Shown in pieces: positions 48,595 through 60,337 of a stretch of DNA of 64,000 bases. The translations under genes were made by a program, and so were the position numbers. Origin of the DNA: Bispira polyomma (Eukaryota). Each line of letters opens with the position of its first letter. Position 1 is the first letter of the stretch. The notes under the pieces were generated by a model that was not told the DNA's origin, searched no databases, and saw only the letters and a list, made by a program, of their open reading frames with translations. The DNA lies in NCBI GenBank assembly GCA_965649765.1, contig OZ287756.1, forward strand, positions 35,712,001-35,776,000, given 5' to 3'.

Positions 48595-49940
48595 CTCCAG
48601 ATCGGTGGATACTTTGGTTCAGCGTTCGCTACGGCGCCGCCAAGAGATTGTAGCCGTTAACACTCTCAGCGGAAAACTAGACCAGCTAGCTCCACTAAAT
48701 TTGGATATCTTCATTCGGAGGTGAGCATTCTGCGACTGAAATTAGCCTCATTCTGAAAAACAAGATGGCCACCATGGGCATTTCTTTAAAAATTATCTAC
48801 CTTTTTCTACTGGTTGGTTCTCTTACTAAAAGGTTTGATCTCTTCAAAGGTGATATGTATAACAGATATATATGTCCTCTACAAGCATGCAGACATTTGA
48901 CCTTGAAAATCTTTGTTCAAGGTCATCCACTGAGTGCCAGAGTACCCCACGTAGCGGACTTTAAAAGTGCCTATATCTCCCTTAACATTAGTCTTAGCAG
49001 TTTTTCATGTGGAGCCAACCTATAGGAAATCATGGGCTGGGAATCTTCTGATGTAGCCAGGTTTGAATTTGGGACCCTCCTTCAATGTCAAACAGGATAA
49101 CCAAACTTAAAAGTGCTTATAACTCGCTTATTATTGGTCCTACAGTTGTGAGATGTGAAACCAACCTATAGGAAATCATGAGCTGGGAGTCTTCTGATGT
49201 GGTCAGGTTTGACCTTGGGCCCCTCCTTCAAGGTCAAATGAGGAAAGCCAAACTCAAAAGTGCTCATAACTCGCTTATTATTGGTCCTACAGGTTTGCAA
49301 TGTAAAACCAACTTATAGATAATCATGGGCTGGGAATCTTCTGATCTGGTCAGATTTGACCTTGGGCCCCTTCTTCAAGGTCAAATGAGGGTAGGCAATC
49401 TTAAAAGTGCTTATAACTCGCTTATTATTGGTTTTACAGTTTTGGGATGTGAAATCAACCTATAGGAAATCATAGGCTGGGAGTCTTTTGATGTGGTCAG
49501 GCTTGACCTTGGGCCCCTCCTTGAAGGTCAAATAATGGTAGCCAAATTTAAAAGTGCTTGTAACTCGCTTATTATTGGTCCTAGAGATTTAGAATGTCAA
49601 ACCAACCTAAGAAAATCATGGTCTTAGAGGTTTGGGATGTGAAACCAACTACAAGAAATCATAGGCTGCTAATGTTTTGGTCACATTTCACCTTGGATCT
49701 CTCATGCAAGGTGGAATGGGTACACCAAACTTTAAAGTGCCTATCACAGACTTATTATTGGTCCCACAGGTTTGCAATGTCAAACTCACTTGTGCCATTT
49801 AAGGCTTTAGCATAAATGCCCTATAGGAAATCATAGGCTTCTAGCTTGGGTGCTTGCTAGAGTGCTTGCTACCGCGGGTGCTTTGTCATTTTGGTGGATA
49901 CAAATATACATTGGTTCTTCGATGCGCTAGGTCAAGTTTA
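48595..49940 (+). mobile_element. Helentron/HINE-like element containing a 147-bp tandem array (in intron 1 of the CISD3-like gene)
   Basis: GGTGGATAC near both ends, GCCGCC near the 5' end, terminal hairpin-like CATTGGTTCTTCGATG, and internal TTGACCTTG...CAAGGTCAA units. Confidence 0.6.
48890..49840. repeat. ~147-bp tandem repeat, ~5-6 copies
   Basis: The CCAACCTATAGGAAATCATG landmark recurs (TATAG or its equivalent) at 49021, 49167, 49314, 49461 and 49608. Confidence 0.92.
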
Positions 49941-50294
49941 TTTTGCTTAATCAGCTTTCAGATACATTTGAAATTTTCAGCAGTCATTCCCTTACATTAT
50001 CTGTGAATATTCACTAAAGTAATAGATGTTTACTACTTTTATGAATTTTAGTTGCAACCCTGTCCATTATTTTTGTTTCTTCCTTAAATACTCTGTAACC
50101 ACAAAGCCGGAAATAGTAAAATCACTCCATGTGCGCGGCAGCGGGTGCGGCTTGCGGTTATATTCTGTGGGACAAATGATATACCAAATATATAATTTTT
50201 ATTCCGAAAATCATAACTTTCTTATTTCTGGTCCGATTTTAAAAATTATTTCACCATTCAAGTAGAATAAGACAATTGTTTATTCTCAGCTCCC

Positions 50295-50470
50295 TCAGAA
50301 AGTGTATTAGCCGTGCTGCCACATGCCGTGCACAATGACTAACACCCATTAGCGGCCAGGTTCCCATTTATACAGCTGGGTGGAGATGGACAACTTTGTG
50401 TAAAGCACCTTGTCAAAGGGGACAATCTTCAAGCCTGCAGAGAGGATCGAACCAGGGATCTCAGATCACT
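50295..50470 (-). mobile_element. CORE-type SINE
   Basis: CCAGGTTCCCATTTATACAGCTGGGTGGA...GTAAAGCACCTTGTCAAAGGG...GGATCGAACC is the reverse complement of a B box plus the CORE domain; a related 3' part lies at 61320-61500. Confidence 0.7.
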
Positions 50471-50504
50471 CAATTTCAAAGTCTGTCACTCATATGTTAC
50501 AAAA

Positions 50505-50668
50505 ATATGCTGGGAGAGTAACATTTTGTTTGGATAATAGAAGGTTTATAAAATAGAAGGGGTATCGCTGTACAAAACAATAGGAAAATATAAATTTGGA
50601 AGAATGAAAATGAGTTCATAATATTGAATATTCGGATAATAGATGTTCAGATAATAGAGGTTCCACTG
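50505..50668. mobile_element. TA-flanked MITE (CAGTAGAACCTC family), missing the left TIR
   Basis: Right TIR GATAATAGAGGTTCCACTG-TA; body matches 60083-60268. Confidence 0.7.
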
Positions 50669-52036
50669 TAGTATATACCATTTTCCTACTACTTGTTATG
50701 TAGGAATGTTTTGATGTAAATGTTAATTTTTTCGTCAAGTATTTGGTTAACATTTTTCTTAAATGCAAGTCCTTCATATTTCAGTAAATGGACTATTATT
50801 GATCTGAACTGTAATCCAGAAACCTAGTGTTTTTTTATACATATGATAATATTCTAAATCAACGATGCTCCATTTTTTTTTATAAATTTAGAATGTTAGT
50901 TAGTTAAGAGTGTATATATGTATATATCTTGTGTATTCAATTGTATTTATACATATATATATATATATCTGTACATGTTTCTATGTTGTAACAATATATA
51001 TTATGAATGTAGAGGCCTCATAAGCCCTGATGGTATAAGGGCTGGCTGCTCAATTATTATATGTGCTTGTTGTAAATATTGTGAATAATAATGCAGGTGG
51101 CACTTAAATAAACTTCTCTCTCTCTGAATGTATATCTAACTAGCCTTGCTGAAGACTTAAGTGAAGTGTGCCACAAAGTCTGTTGTGATTTGCAAGAAAT
51201 TTAACATACCGTACACATGTAAATGCTCCTTTAATTCTGCATAATGTATGTCCTGTAAATACCGGGATCCATAAAATGGCAGGGCTATTTAGGAAAGATG
51301 AGGGATTGTTTTTTACATAGCATTGTATCAACACGTATTTAAAGTGTTAATTAACCTTTAACTTAACCGCCCACATTATAGCCTACCATCGCCAGTAACT
51401 ATCCTTCTCCTAACCGAAGAGTGAGGTTTGAGGATGACACCCTTTACCATCATACCCAAGGTTTTTGTACCTTCCACTTAGTATAGGACCCAATGACAGA
51501 GGACCGCCATTTTAAGTGTGCCACTCTTTATCTGCCTGAACCAGGTCACCACAATGTTGGGAGATGAATATCTTGTTTGGATACCAGAATGTTCAGAAAC
51601 AATAGGATGAATTCTAACACCAAAAGAGTTATATAAAACAGAAGCTTAGGAGACTGGATGTGTCATGAAATGAATATTCAGTTATTACAAGTTTGAATAA
51701 TAGAGTTTGAACTATACACATACTACACTAAAACTTCTATTTTATGAGTAATCTCCCAGATAATAGATTTTCTTGATTCATATTTGTCGTTTCCTAATAA
51801 AATCTGTGTTAAAACATTTGATACATAGGGTAGAACCCTTTAAGTGGAAGTTCAAGCGACTAGGACAAATACCTCTATTAAAAGCAGGATTTCCACTTAA
51901 CACTTTTAAAGATAAAACCATTTGTGTGGTACTACACCTAATTTTCAACATAAGCAGGAAATTAACTTAACACAGTTCTACATAAAGGGGTTCAAATGTA
52001 CATTTCACTGGCGTACTCTATTCAGTTAATATAGTA

Positions 52037-52421
52037 CAGTAGAACCTCTATTATCTACACATGTTGGCAGATTGATAATTTGTTTGGATAATAGAAGGTT
52101 CTTTAAACAGAAGAGAAGCCTTTCTGTGTCAAACAATAGAAAAAAATTTTATTTTGAGATATTCGAAATGAGTTTGTAAATTCGAATGTTTGGTTAATAG
52201 ATTGCGGATAATTAGATGTTATACGGTAGTAATAGTAGTAGAACCTCTAATATCCAAACATGTTGGAAAAATGACATTTTGTTCAGATAATAGAAGGTGT
52301 ATAAATTAGAAGCAGCATTGGCATATAAAACAATAAGAAAATACAACTTTAGTAGAGTGAAAGAGAATTCATAAAATTGAATATTTGGATAAAAGAAGTT
52401 CAGATAATGGAGGTTCTAATG
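52037..52421. mobile_element. two tandem TA-flanked MITEs (52037-52226, 52236-52421), Tc1/mariner-pogo-type ends
   Basis: Each starts (C/T)AGTAGAACCTCTA(T/A)TATC and ends with a degenerate inverse followed by TA. Confidence 0.8.
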
Positions 52422-52436
52422 TATTTCTAATTTCAG

Positions 52437-52527
52437 TATGGTCCTATGAATGTGCGAGGCCTGAAGAAAGGCGAAGTGAAGCTATGGTGTGCCTGTGGAC
52501 TGAGCAAACAGCAGCCTTGGTGTGATG
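52437..52527 (+). CDS. CISD3: CISD3-like coding exon 2 (first CDGSH motif)
   Basis: TTTCAG acceptor; YGPMNVRGLKKGEVKLWCACGLSKQQPWCDG; donor GTTAGT (phase 1). Confidence 0.92.
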
Positions 52528-52699
52528 GTTAGTGACCTGGAATTTGTTGCTTTCAAATTCTTGAATCTATTTATGATCTATTGTTAATTTTTAGCTTTTT
52601 TTATTGCTATTTTTAGTTGGCTTTCACCACTTTATCTGGTGATGTGGCCAAATGAGTAACACACTCACTAATCAAGCAACTGCTGTAAATATTTACTTA

Positions 52700-53058
52700 T
52701 GCCCTGTTCACACATTGGCGGTAGTGAGGTGATACCAGAAGGTACCAGAAGGTCTTGTAACTTGTCTTTCTACCTGTTATATCGGTTGTTCCATCTAGGT
52801 GTGAAATATACCCCTGAAAAACTTGTCGACATAAGTTTTACTGATGGAAACAGATAATTACTGCTGCAGAAGACTTACACTAGTAATACGAAAATAGTCG
52901 GAAACATTTGGAAATGGCTTTGTACGGCTGACTGTAGAAGGTTCAGGCACAAATCTGAAGTTAAGGGAAGTTGTAGACAGGGTTCTTCCATGCTACACAG
53001 CAATTTTCATAATGTCTATTACCACCTCTACATACCGTCATAATGTGAACCTCACTTT
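52700..53058. mobile_element. degenerate MITE with GTTCACA-type TIRs
   Basis: The left end GTTCACACATTGGCGGTAGTGAGGTG resembles the reverse complement of the right end, GTTCACATTATGACGGTATGTAGAGGTG. Confidence 0.45.
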
Positions 53059-53209
53059 AGTGTAAAAAATTTCACTTGTGAAGGTACAAAAAATTAGTTC
53101 ATTTCAGTATGTTCACAGTAAGCAAGCAAAGAGTTCAGATTTTTATCTCCCACTGTGGCCTAAAAGTGAGATTAAAAAGCCCTAGTCCATTTAAAACCAC
53201 CTATGCAGA

Positions 53210-53692
53210 GTGATTTTTTGCCTGGGTTGTCACACAGACGTCACTCCTTATCTCATAAAACTACACTGGCTGCCCATTCACTCTCGAATTTTTGTCAAAA
53301 TTCACATTACCACTTTTAAGGCTGTAGTCACCCAACAGCCCTCCTTCCTTGCATCGCTTCTCTTTTTAAATAATCTGAATAGAGGCCACAGACTCTGTTT
53401 CTTTGGGTAGACCCATCAGAAAGGCAGGATCCAGAGCTTTCTCAATTGCAGCTCCCTTGTGGAACAGTCTCCCAGTTGACCTCAGATCGGTAGATACATT
53501 AGTTTTAGGAAAAAGCTCAAAACCTATCTTTCTAACCTTGTCCACCCACCTTAGTTTTCCTCCTGTACGCCCCCACGTTTCCTTACGACCGCGCTATATC
53601 CATGGATTTTATGATTGAATCACTGATTTTGCTGTTGCTCTTTAGATGATACCTAGCATCTTCAATAAAGCGTGTTAAGAACGCATAATAAT
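53210..53692 (+). mobile_element. L2-type LINE 3' fragment in intron 2 of the CISD3-like gene
   Basis: HTDVTPYLIKLHWLPIHSRI...GSRAFSIAAPLWNSLPVDLRS with frameshifts, then a 3' UTR and ATAATAAT tail. Confidence 0.85.
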
Positions 53693-53963
53693 GACAGTGG
53701 GCAACACACTCGTTTACAAACACATTGGGTGACATTATATAGAGAGATACATAGTGGCTCTGTTTACCACTTAAAATTGTGGTCCTCTCTTATTGATAAC
53801 TATCCTCAGTATGGTCGGATAAAGAACCTTGGGGAAACTTTGGTAAATACTCAGCCTCGAGCCTCTCTCATTGGTCAGATGAATGACAGTTACTGGTGTT
53901 GGGTGGCTTAATTAGTCCTTTTAGTATCAGATAAAGGAAGGTTCATGCACTTTCTATAAATCT

Positions 53964-54109
53964 CAATGGAACCTCAATTATGTAATCACGTTCAGAGAGC
54001 AAGTTATTTTAGTATAAAATCATGGACAAATGTAAATTTGCGAGACTAATTTGAATTCATGAAATTGAATATGTGGATAACTGACGTTCGGATAATAGAG
54101 GCTCTATTG
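53964..54109. mobile_element. TA-flanked MITE (CAGTAGAACCTC family), internally deleted
   Basis: CAATGGAACCTCAATTAT ... GATAATAGAGGCTCTATTG-TA. Confidence 0.65.
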
Positions 54110-54148
54110 TACAACATGAGTTTAACAGTTCTTTTGTACATATTTCAG

Positions 54149-54381
54149 GATCTCACGTTGGTACTGGCATAAAACCGCTTTCATGGAAAGTACCTCACCA
54201 TCAGTCTCTGTACCAAGTGTGTGTGTGTAAATACAGCAAGAGTGGCCCACTATGTGATGGTACACACACTAACCTACCAGTGAAAGTCATAGAGAGACAG
54301 AAGACCTGTACAAACAAGGAGGCCAACCATACAGAGGCCTGTAAACTCTGTACAAAGTGTGGATGGGTGCCTGACTTTTGA
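54149..54381 (+). CDS. CISD3: CISD3-like coding exon 3 (end of motif 1, second CDGSH motif, Cys-rich tail)
   Basis: TTTCAG acceptor, phase 1 completes CDG-SH; ...VCVCKYSKSGPLCDGTH...CTNKEANHTEACKLCTKCGWVPDF, then TGA at 54379-54381. Confidence 0.92.
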
Positions 54382-54600
54382 AATACAGAGGCCTGTAAAG
54401 TGTGTACAAAGTGTGGATGGGTGCCCGACTTCTGAAATACAAAGGCCTGTAAACTCTGTACAAAGTGTGGATGTGTGCCTGACTTCTGAATTACAAAGGC
54501 CTGTAAAGTGTCTACAAAGTGTGGATGGGTGCCTGACTTTTGAATTACAAAGGCCTGTAAAGTGTGTACAAAGTGTGGATGGGTGCCTGACTTCTGAAAT
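54331..54600 (+). repeat. 54-bp tandem array (5 copies) of the last codons and stop codon of the CISD3-like gene
   Basis: Unit ACA (G/A)AG GCC TGT AAA (CTC/GTG) TGT ACA AAG TGT GGA TGG GTG CC(T/C) GAC TT(T/C) TGA A(A/T)T, starting at 54331, 54385, 54439, 54493 and 54547. Confidence 0.97.
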
Positions 54601-54914
54601 ACAGTTTACAATTAAAAGTCCAATATACATGCAATAGGTATAATTGCTGAAAATCCAACAAATCAGTCCAGGACAAATAAATTCTGGCCCACTTTAGGAG
54701 GCCCGACTTACTTTAAGTTATCCTGTGTGGTACACCTCTAATATTAGGATTACATTGTGTGAATAATTAGTTTCATAAACACACTGTCACTCTCCTAAAA
54801 TCATATTTTCCTGTTGTTTTATATCCTAAAATACTATTTTATGACCCTTCTATTATCTGGATAAAATCTTGCCCCCCAGGATTAAACAAAAACAACTAAC
54901 CCAATATACCTGTA

Positions 54915-55037
54915 CGTTTTTTGTGAAGGTATGGGGCACCAAAAAAGGAAGAATCCGTCAAATTTTGGAGTGAATCCCAGAATTGTTTTCATCTTTTGTC
55001 AATGTGGTGCCTTGGCAGAGGTATGCGCTCTACTGAT
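54915..55037 (+). mobile_element. Helentron/HINE-like 3' end fragment
   Basis: Ends in CCTTGGCAGAGGTATGCGCTCTACTGA, resembling the CTTGGCGGAGGT subterminal repeat plus hairpin of Helentron-derived elements. Confidence 0.55.
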
Positions 55038-56389
55038 CTATTTATACGAGTGCATGCTGTTGAGGAGACAACTTGCATTAAGGAATCATGTGTTAATACA
55101 GTTGTCCTAGATGTTTTTCATTCCTTTTGAACTACCTGTATCTACCTTTGTAAAGACACTTTAGCCTTCTTTTGCAATGGGATTGTCTTTATAAATGGGT
55201 CTTTGTACATCGAGTGTGCTGTGCAGTGTTGTTTTAAAAATAAACAAGATCTACATATAACTTATAATTAGCAACATATTAGGGAATCACATTTTTGATA
55301 ATCCATTTTACTTTTAATGCTATGACATCATGAACTTGCCATGTTCCATTTTCACCCTGATTTGAAATGTCTTTGCCTTGAATGTGTGCAGCATGTGGAC
55401 TGTTAGATGTACAAATTATTTAGTAGCAGCAAAAATACATGTTACCACCTTAAAGACTGTATCTGTCGACTAGCAGGGGACCTTATATGTGTGTTCCACA
55501 CTACCACGTTTATTTTCAAGCCGTCAACACCCCTATATTATTGCTCATCATGTGAGCAGTAGAATTGAGCAAATAAATCATACATAACGCCAAATGAAGT
55601 TGCCTGTGTCTTTCTTTGGTAAAGTGGATTACTGCTCCATTGGTGGCTGAGGGGGTTAAAGCAATGACAACATAAAATTCTAGCAGAGTAAAAATTTACC
55701 AGGTAATGGATTTATTATTCACCCTGTTTTGAGACTTGCAAAGGTCACTGTTTAATAAGACCTTATGATAACTATGACATCAGCACATATATTATGTAGA
55801 GATAAAATAAAGGGATAAAATTGGACACTTATACATACCTTATTACTGAAACAGGATATCCTTTATGGACAAATAAAAAAAAACGTTGCAAACATTGTTT
55901 GCACTTTATACGAGTCATCTGAAGTCTGCGTTATGTCATCAATCAATAAGCTCTTTTATAAGTAAATCATTAAGCTAATAATATAGCACAGTATGTAATT
56001 GATTATGTAAGCCCGAAATAAAAACAAGAGGAAGTAAAACAAAAATGAACTATGCTCTGCTTTCTTAGAATTATCAGCTACTTAGTAAATGAAAGAGGAA
56101 AGGTTTAGTAGACATTCTGGGTAATCTGTAACTTTTGTTAACTACTCGGACTTGAGTGGCTTGGGTTGTTAAAAACTGAATTAGAAAAAATTTGTATGTA
56201 CGTTGCTTAAACAAATTGGCAAATAATCTATCTTCATACAAAAATGCTGTGCTAGATTAATTCAGACATACAGATTACCCAGATTTGGTACTAAACTTAT
56301 AACTTACACGGAACATGAATCAAAATTATGGGAGAAAGGCCACTTTTAAATTACCTGTGCTATGTACCCAACCGGTGCAAGTAACATTC

Positions 56390-56515
56390 GCCCAGCTAAA
56401 GACAGAGGTTTGCGGATGAGCATTTATCAATGTCCTTAAGGGTTCTTGAGCCTGCCACTGGGACAGGACCAAGTGACAGAGGACTACAGAGACCTCGACA
56501 GATTGTAACCAACTT
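56390..56515 (-). mobile_element. SINE family B fragment
   Basis: GGATGAGCATTTATCAATGTCC...GCCTGCCACTGGGACAGGACCAAGTGACAGAGGAC. Confidence 0.55.
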
Positions 56516-56774
56516 TTCATGACATATATACACTAGCATAATATTTAGATCTTCCTAATGGCCTAATCTCATTTACACGTACCTACTTGGCTATTCATGG
56601 AGTTGGACGAATGAACATGATGAAAGTGTAAGCAAATGGAAGTGTCTGTCTGTAGATTTCCCTCTGATGTAGCATTTTCCTATCAAACTTTTTGGGGCAT
56701 GTTTGTGTTACCTTGTGACATTAACGCGTCACTAACATGGAACAACATTATTCGGCAATCAAAAAAAGTCCATC

Positions 56775-56882
56775 AAGATGGTGCAGCGTGTGCAAAATAT
56801 AGCAGCCAAGCTTGTATTAGGTAGAAACAAATATGACAACTCAACAGAAGCATGGACAGTCTTAAGGTGTTTGCACACTGAA
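56775..56882 (+). mobile_element. L2/CR1 ORF2 remnant
   Basis: VQRVQNIAAKLVLGRNKYDNSTEA...LH resembles the LQRVQNxAARLV...LHWLP segment of L2 ORF2. Confidence 0.6.
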
Positions 56883-57531
56883 ACCGTACCGACACGACAC
56901 TGCAGGAAACTTTCTCTGTGTATACACCAGAAGCGACAGTACACACCATTAACATTGAAAAAAGTATGGAAATATTCACAATATCAATATTTGTTTATAT
57001 TTAATTGTTTTTTTTTTGGGGGGGTGTCATTATTTTCTATTTGATTAAAAAGTAAACAGGAAAGTGCTGAAGCCTGCTGACTAAATTATGTATGATAATT
57101 ATTATTTACAACGGCTTAAAAAAGTCATGAAAAATTAAAAAGTTTTAACAGCTACAAGATTGAGAAAATCTTCCTCCCATTAAAATTCTATTGACTTGGT
57201 GGTCGGGTTTCTTTGTTATTTGTTCCCGTTGTACCATTCCTCCTTTAGCTGGATTTTCAGGACACATACATCACACAAGTTATAGGCCCGATTAGGTTTT
57301 CACCTGGAGTAAATTAAAAACAGCCAAAACCCAGAGTAACTGAAACCCCACAGCCTTTGGGTGTAATCAGACCACAGTGTTGCACACCGACACCCCCTAA
57401 GGAATATCTGTACCAAATACGAGCTTCCTTGGCCCGAAGCTTTCTCAGAACTAACTCAGACAAACCATCTATAGGCTTTTTATAGACTATAGAGTGAAAA
57501 CGACCTTTTTAGAAATAAGGATTGTCTATGT

Positions 57532-57761
57532 GGGGCTGTGGTGGCCTAGTTGTTATAATCATCTGCTATAAAAGCACTGGCCTCTCACCTCTGGGGATCA
57601 AATCCCACAGATTGCTTCTTCATGTGAGAAAGTTTGTCGAGTACTTGCTGTAGGTCAGTGGTTTAAAGTGCTTCAGCACTGGTTTTCTCCCCACCACTAA
57701 ACCTGGCCATTGCAATAAGACCAAAGAAAGATGTTGAAAGCGACGTAAAACCCAAATAAAC
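57532..57761 (+). mobile_element. full-length family A SINE with 12-bp TSD
   Basis: GGGGCTGTGGTGGCCTAGTTG head and tail GTTGAAAGCGACGTAAAACCCAAAT; TGTCTATGTGGG at 57523-57534 and 57762-57773. Confidence 0.85.
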
Positions 57762-58580
57762 TGTCTATGTGGGATTGTTCTATTGGAGTATAGGTTTTGA
57801 ATATGTTGATTCTATGAATCAACCTCCTTGATCGATTCCCACAATTTGTCCAGGGAATTCCAGTCCTTTGTGACATGTTCCACATCACACGACAAACGCT
57901 TTTGCTCCCCCTGTTAAGGGAGGGTTTACAGCATAAAAAGCTGGTTATATTTCAGAAGTACATAAGATTGTCAAATAATGTCTAAATCACAACAGAGGTA
58001 CATGTTTTACATAATTTATACTACCTAAATATGGGATTTTATCAATTCATTCTCACTCGCCCATATTGATGGGTTGCCTATTGGTTTATATATATATATC
58101 TATACATCACACTGAAAGGCCCCTTTCATTTTAGGGAACCTGTTATATCCGACAAAATCTTGCCTTTCTCGCATGTTCAGATAAAAGAGATTCTACTGTC
58201 TATGTGTTTAGCAATACAGGGTAAATAAGCTTCATGTATGCATGCAGATACAGTTGAATATTGTCAAGCTGCACTTCAAAGGATCAATGGACCTATTCTT
58301 CTGAAGCAAAAATTCTACTTGACAGGGAAACGTTTATAGAAACAGTCTTAAATAAGACCACCAACTTGAAACAAATTATTACTGTGAAATTAAAGCTTTT
58401 CTGTGTAGCCTTAATCTTATTTATTAAGCATACGTTACCAAAATAGAATTCATATAACAGTCTAACTTAATAACATCACTTCAACATGATAAATACACAG
58501 GAATGTATATTTTCAAAATAGCTATTTTACAAATACTGCATATTTTTGCATTAAATTAGATGACAAAAATCAGAGATGTA

Positions 58581-58922
58581 CAGTTGAACCCCTTTAAACT
58601 ATAGTCCTCCATGACAAGTAGAAATACTACTTAAACAGGATTTCCACTTAACAGGAGAGATTTTAAGAGAACAGGCCTTTCCATGGGACAACCATTTTCC
58701 CCCACATCATAGAGACATTGACTTAACAGCGTTCTTCTTAAAGATTGTATAAATGAACCCCTTTAAGTAGAACTCTGTTAACTCAATTTTCTTTTATGTA
58801 AAGCAACATATATAGTCCCACAAAGGCATTTTCTATTAAAATCTACACTGTTAAGTGGAAATCCTGCTTAAGTAGAACTATTTTACTCGTTCCTTGTGGT
58901 TCGACTAAAAGGGGTTAACCTT
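58581..58922. mobile_element. TA-flanked MITE(s), CAGTTGAACCCCTTT family
   Basis: TACAGTTGAACCCCTTTAA ... AAAAGGGGTTAACCTTA; a related copy lies at ~51825-52001. Confidence 0.55.
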
Positions 58923-59764
58923 ATATATAAATATATATATATGTATTTGTTCTCCAATAATGTGTTTGTTCTATTAGTTAAAACCCAATGAAACATTACA
59001 CAAAAACAAGCTTTATCCACAACATTTGAACTTGTGACACAATAACAGAATATATATTTGTCAATGAACGTAAAAAAAGATCCTGATCACCTTCTTGAAT
59101 AATTGAAATAATAAATGCAATAAACAAAAGCAAAATTGGTGGATAAATAACCATCAGGTAAATATTTTGTTGGCTTCACTTGCTTTGCAAATTATACTAG
59201 TACATGTAGTAGATAGTAAAAATATATAATATTTGCTATTATTCTTAAAATCACTAATAACAACCTAATCATCTAACAAAACTGATCTGCAGTTGCAACT
59301 TAAAAAAACTAAATTAATACAGTATATATTTAAATAAATTTACTACCTAAAATAGCTCAAACTAATGACATTGAATGCTCAGTTATCCATATATACCATC
59401 AGATCAATTCATTTCTTTTCTACTATTTTAATACTTCTCTCATTCTAAACTATTGAAAGCGACATAACTCAACTAAATTCTAGTAAACAATTTTTTGAAC
59501 ACCATGCTACACGTTATATTTTCTGGACCATCTAATATATACAAATTCAGATAGGCGAAGCCCTACTATACTTTCGTAATCTTTTGATTATATCAAAACA
59601 GTATACAACATTTACAAAATTTCTACGACAACACACATTTCTATCACAGACAGAGGCATTATATAAACACTGACTACCACAAAAAATATTCACTGAAGGA
59701 ACATACACAAGGAACACAGATTGTGAGTGTATTTTGACTTCATGTTATGTTCAACATGTTATGT

Positions 59765-60035
59765 TCAACATCTTAGGTCAAATCACGACAGCTGGATATT
59801 TCAGTGGAAGATCACAAGGTAAACTACTGATCAACAGAAGGTACCCAATATACTTTCCTACATGAATGGACCCGAAGATTAGAATCAATTTTCATAAAAG
59901 CGAGAAGTAAGTGATAGCCATTAGGCCACCTTGGCCCGTAGGTCAGTGGTTTACAGAGACTTAGCACTGGTTTCTTCCACCATTGAATTTGGATGTCGTA
60001 ATATTACCTAAGCTGTTGAAAGCCAAGTAGCTTCC
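59765..60035. mobile_element. two abutting family A-type SINE fragments in opposite orientation
   Basis: A minus-strand head ending CATTAGGCCACCTTGGCCC (~59937) is directly followed by a plus-strand body/tail GTAGGTCAGTGGTTT...CTGTTGAAAGC. Confidence 0.55.
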
Positions 60036-60082
60036 AATTTACACTTTGAAATTAAGATCTTATATAAAAGATTATACATGTA

Positions 60083-60268
60083 CAGTAGAACCTCTATTAT
60101 TCGACCATATTGCGAGAGTGAGAATTTATTTGGATAATAGAAGGTCTGTAAAATAGAAGGAGTATTTAGTATAAAACAATACCAAAAAAATAAGTTTAGG
60201 AGGTTTAAATTGAGTTTGTAAAATTGATTAATCGGATAATAGAGGGTCAGATAATAGAGGTTCTACTG
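60083..60268. mobile_element. intact 186-bp MITE with 18-bp perfect TIRs and TA TSD (Tc1/mariner-pogo type)
   Basis: TA|CAGTAGAACCTCTATTAT ... ATAATAGAGGTTCTACTG|TA. Confidence 0.92.
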
Positions 60269-60337
60269 TATATTCATACCGTCCACACATTTAACGGTTT
60301 TAAACAATCTGGCCTTTGTTTTGAGTAATAAGATCTG

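Noticed and set aside
48890-49840. Regularly spaced palindromic repeat as a possible CRISPR array
   Set aside because: The sequence between the palindromes is also repeated; it is a 147-bp satellite.
54274-54637. Track ORFs 54274-54630 (-) and 54359-54637 (+) with repeated peptides
   Set aside because: They are alternative frames of the 54-bp array; the real frame is the CDGSH one.
55205-55235. Iron-responsive element candidate (CAGTGT) downstream of the Fe-S gene
   Set aside because: No bulged C six bases upstream and the 5-bp upper stem does not pair.
54616-56500. SECIS element for the in-frame TGAs
   Set aside because: No ATGA...AA...GA kink-turn hairpin with correct spacing found by eye; needs a covariance search.
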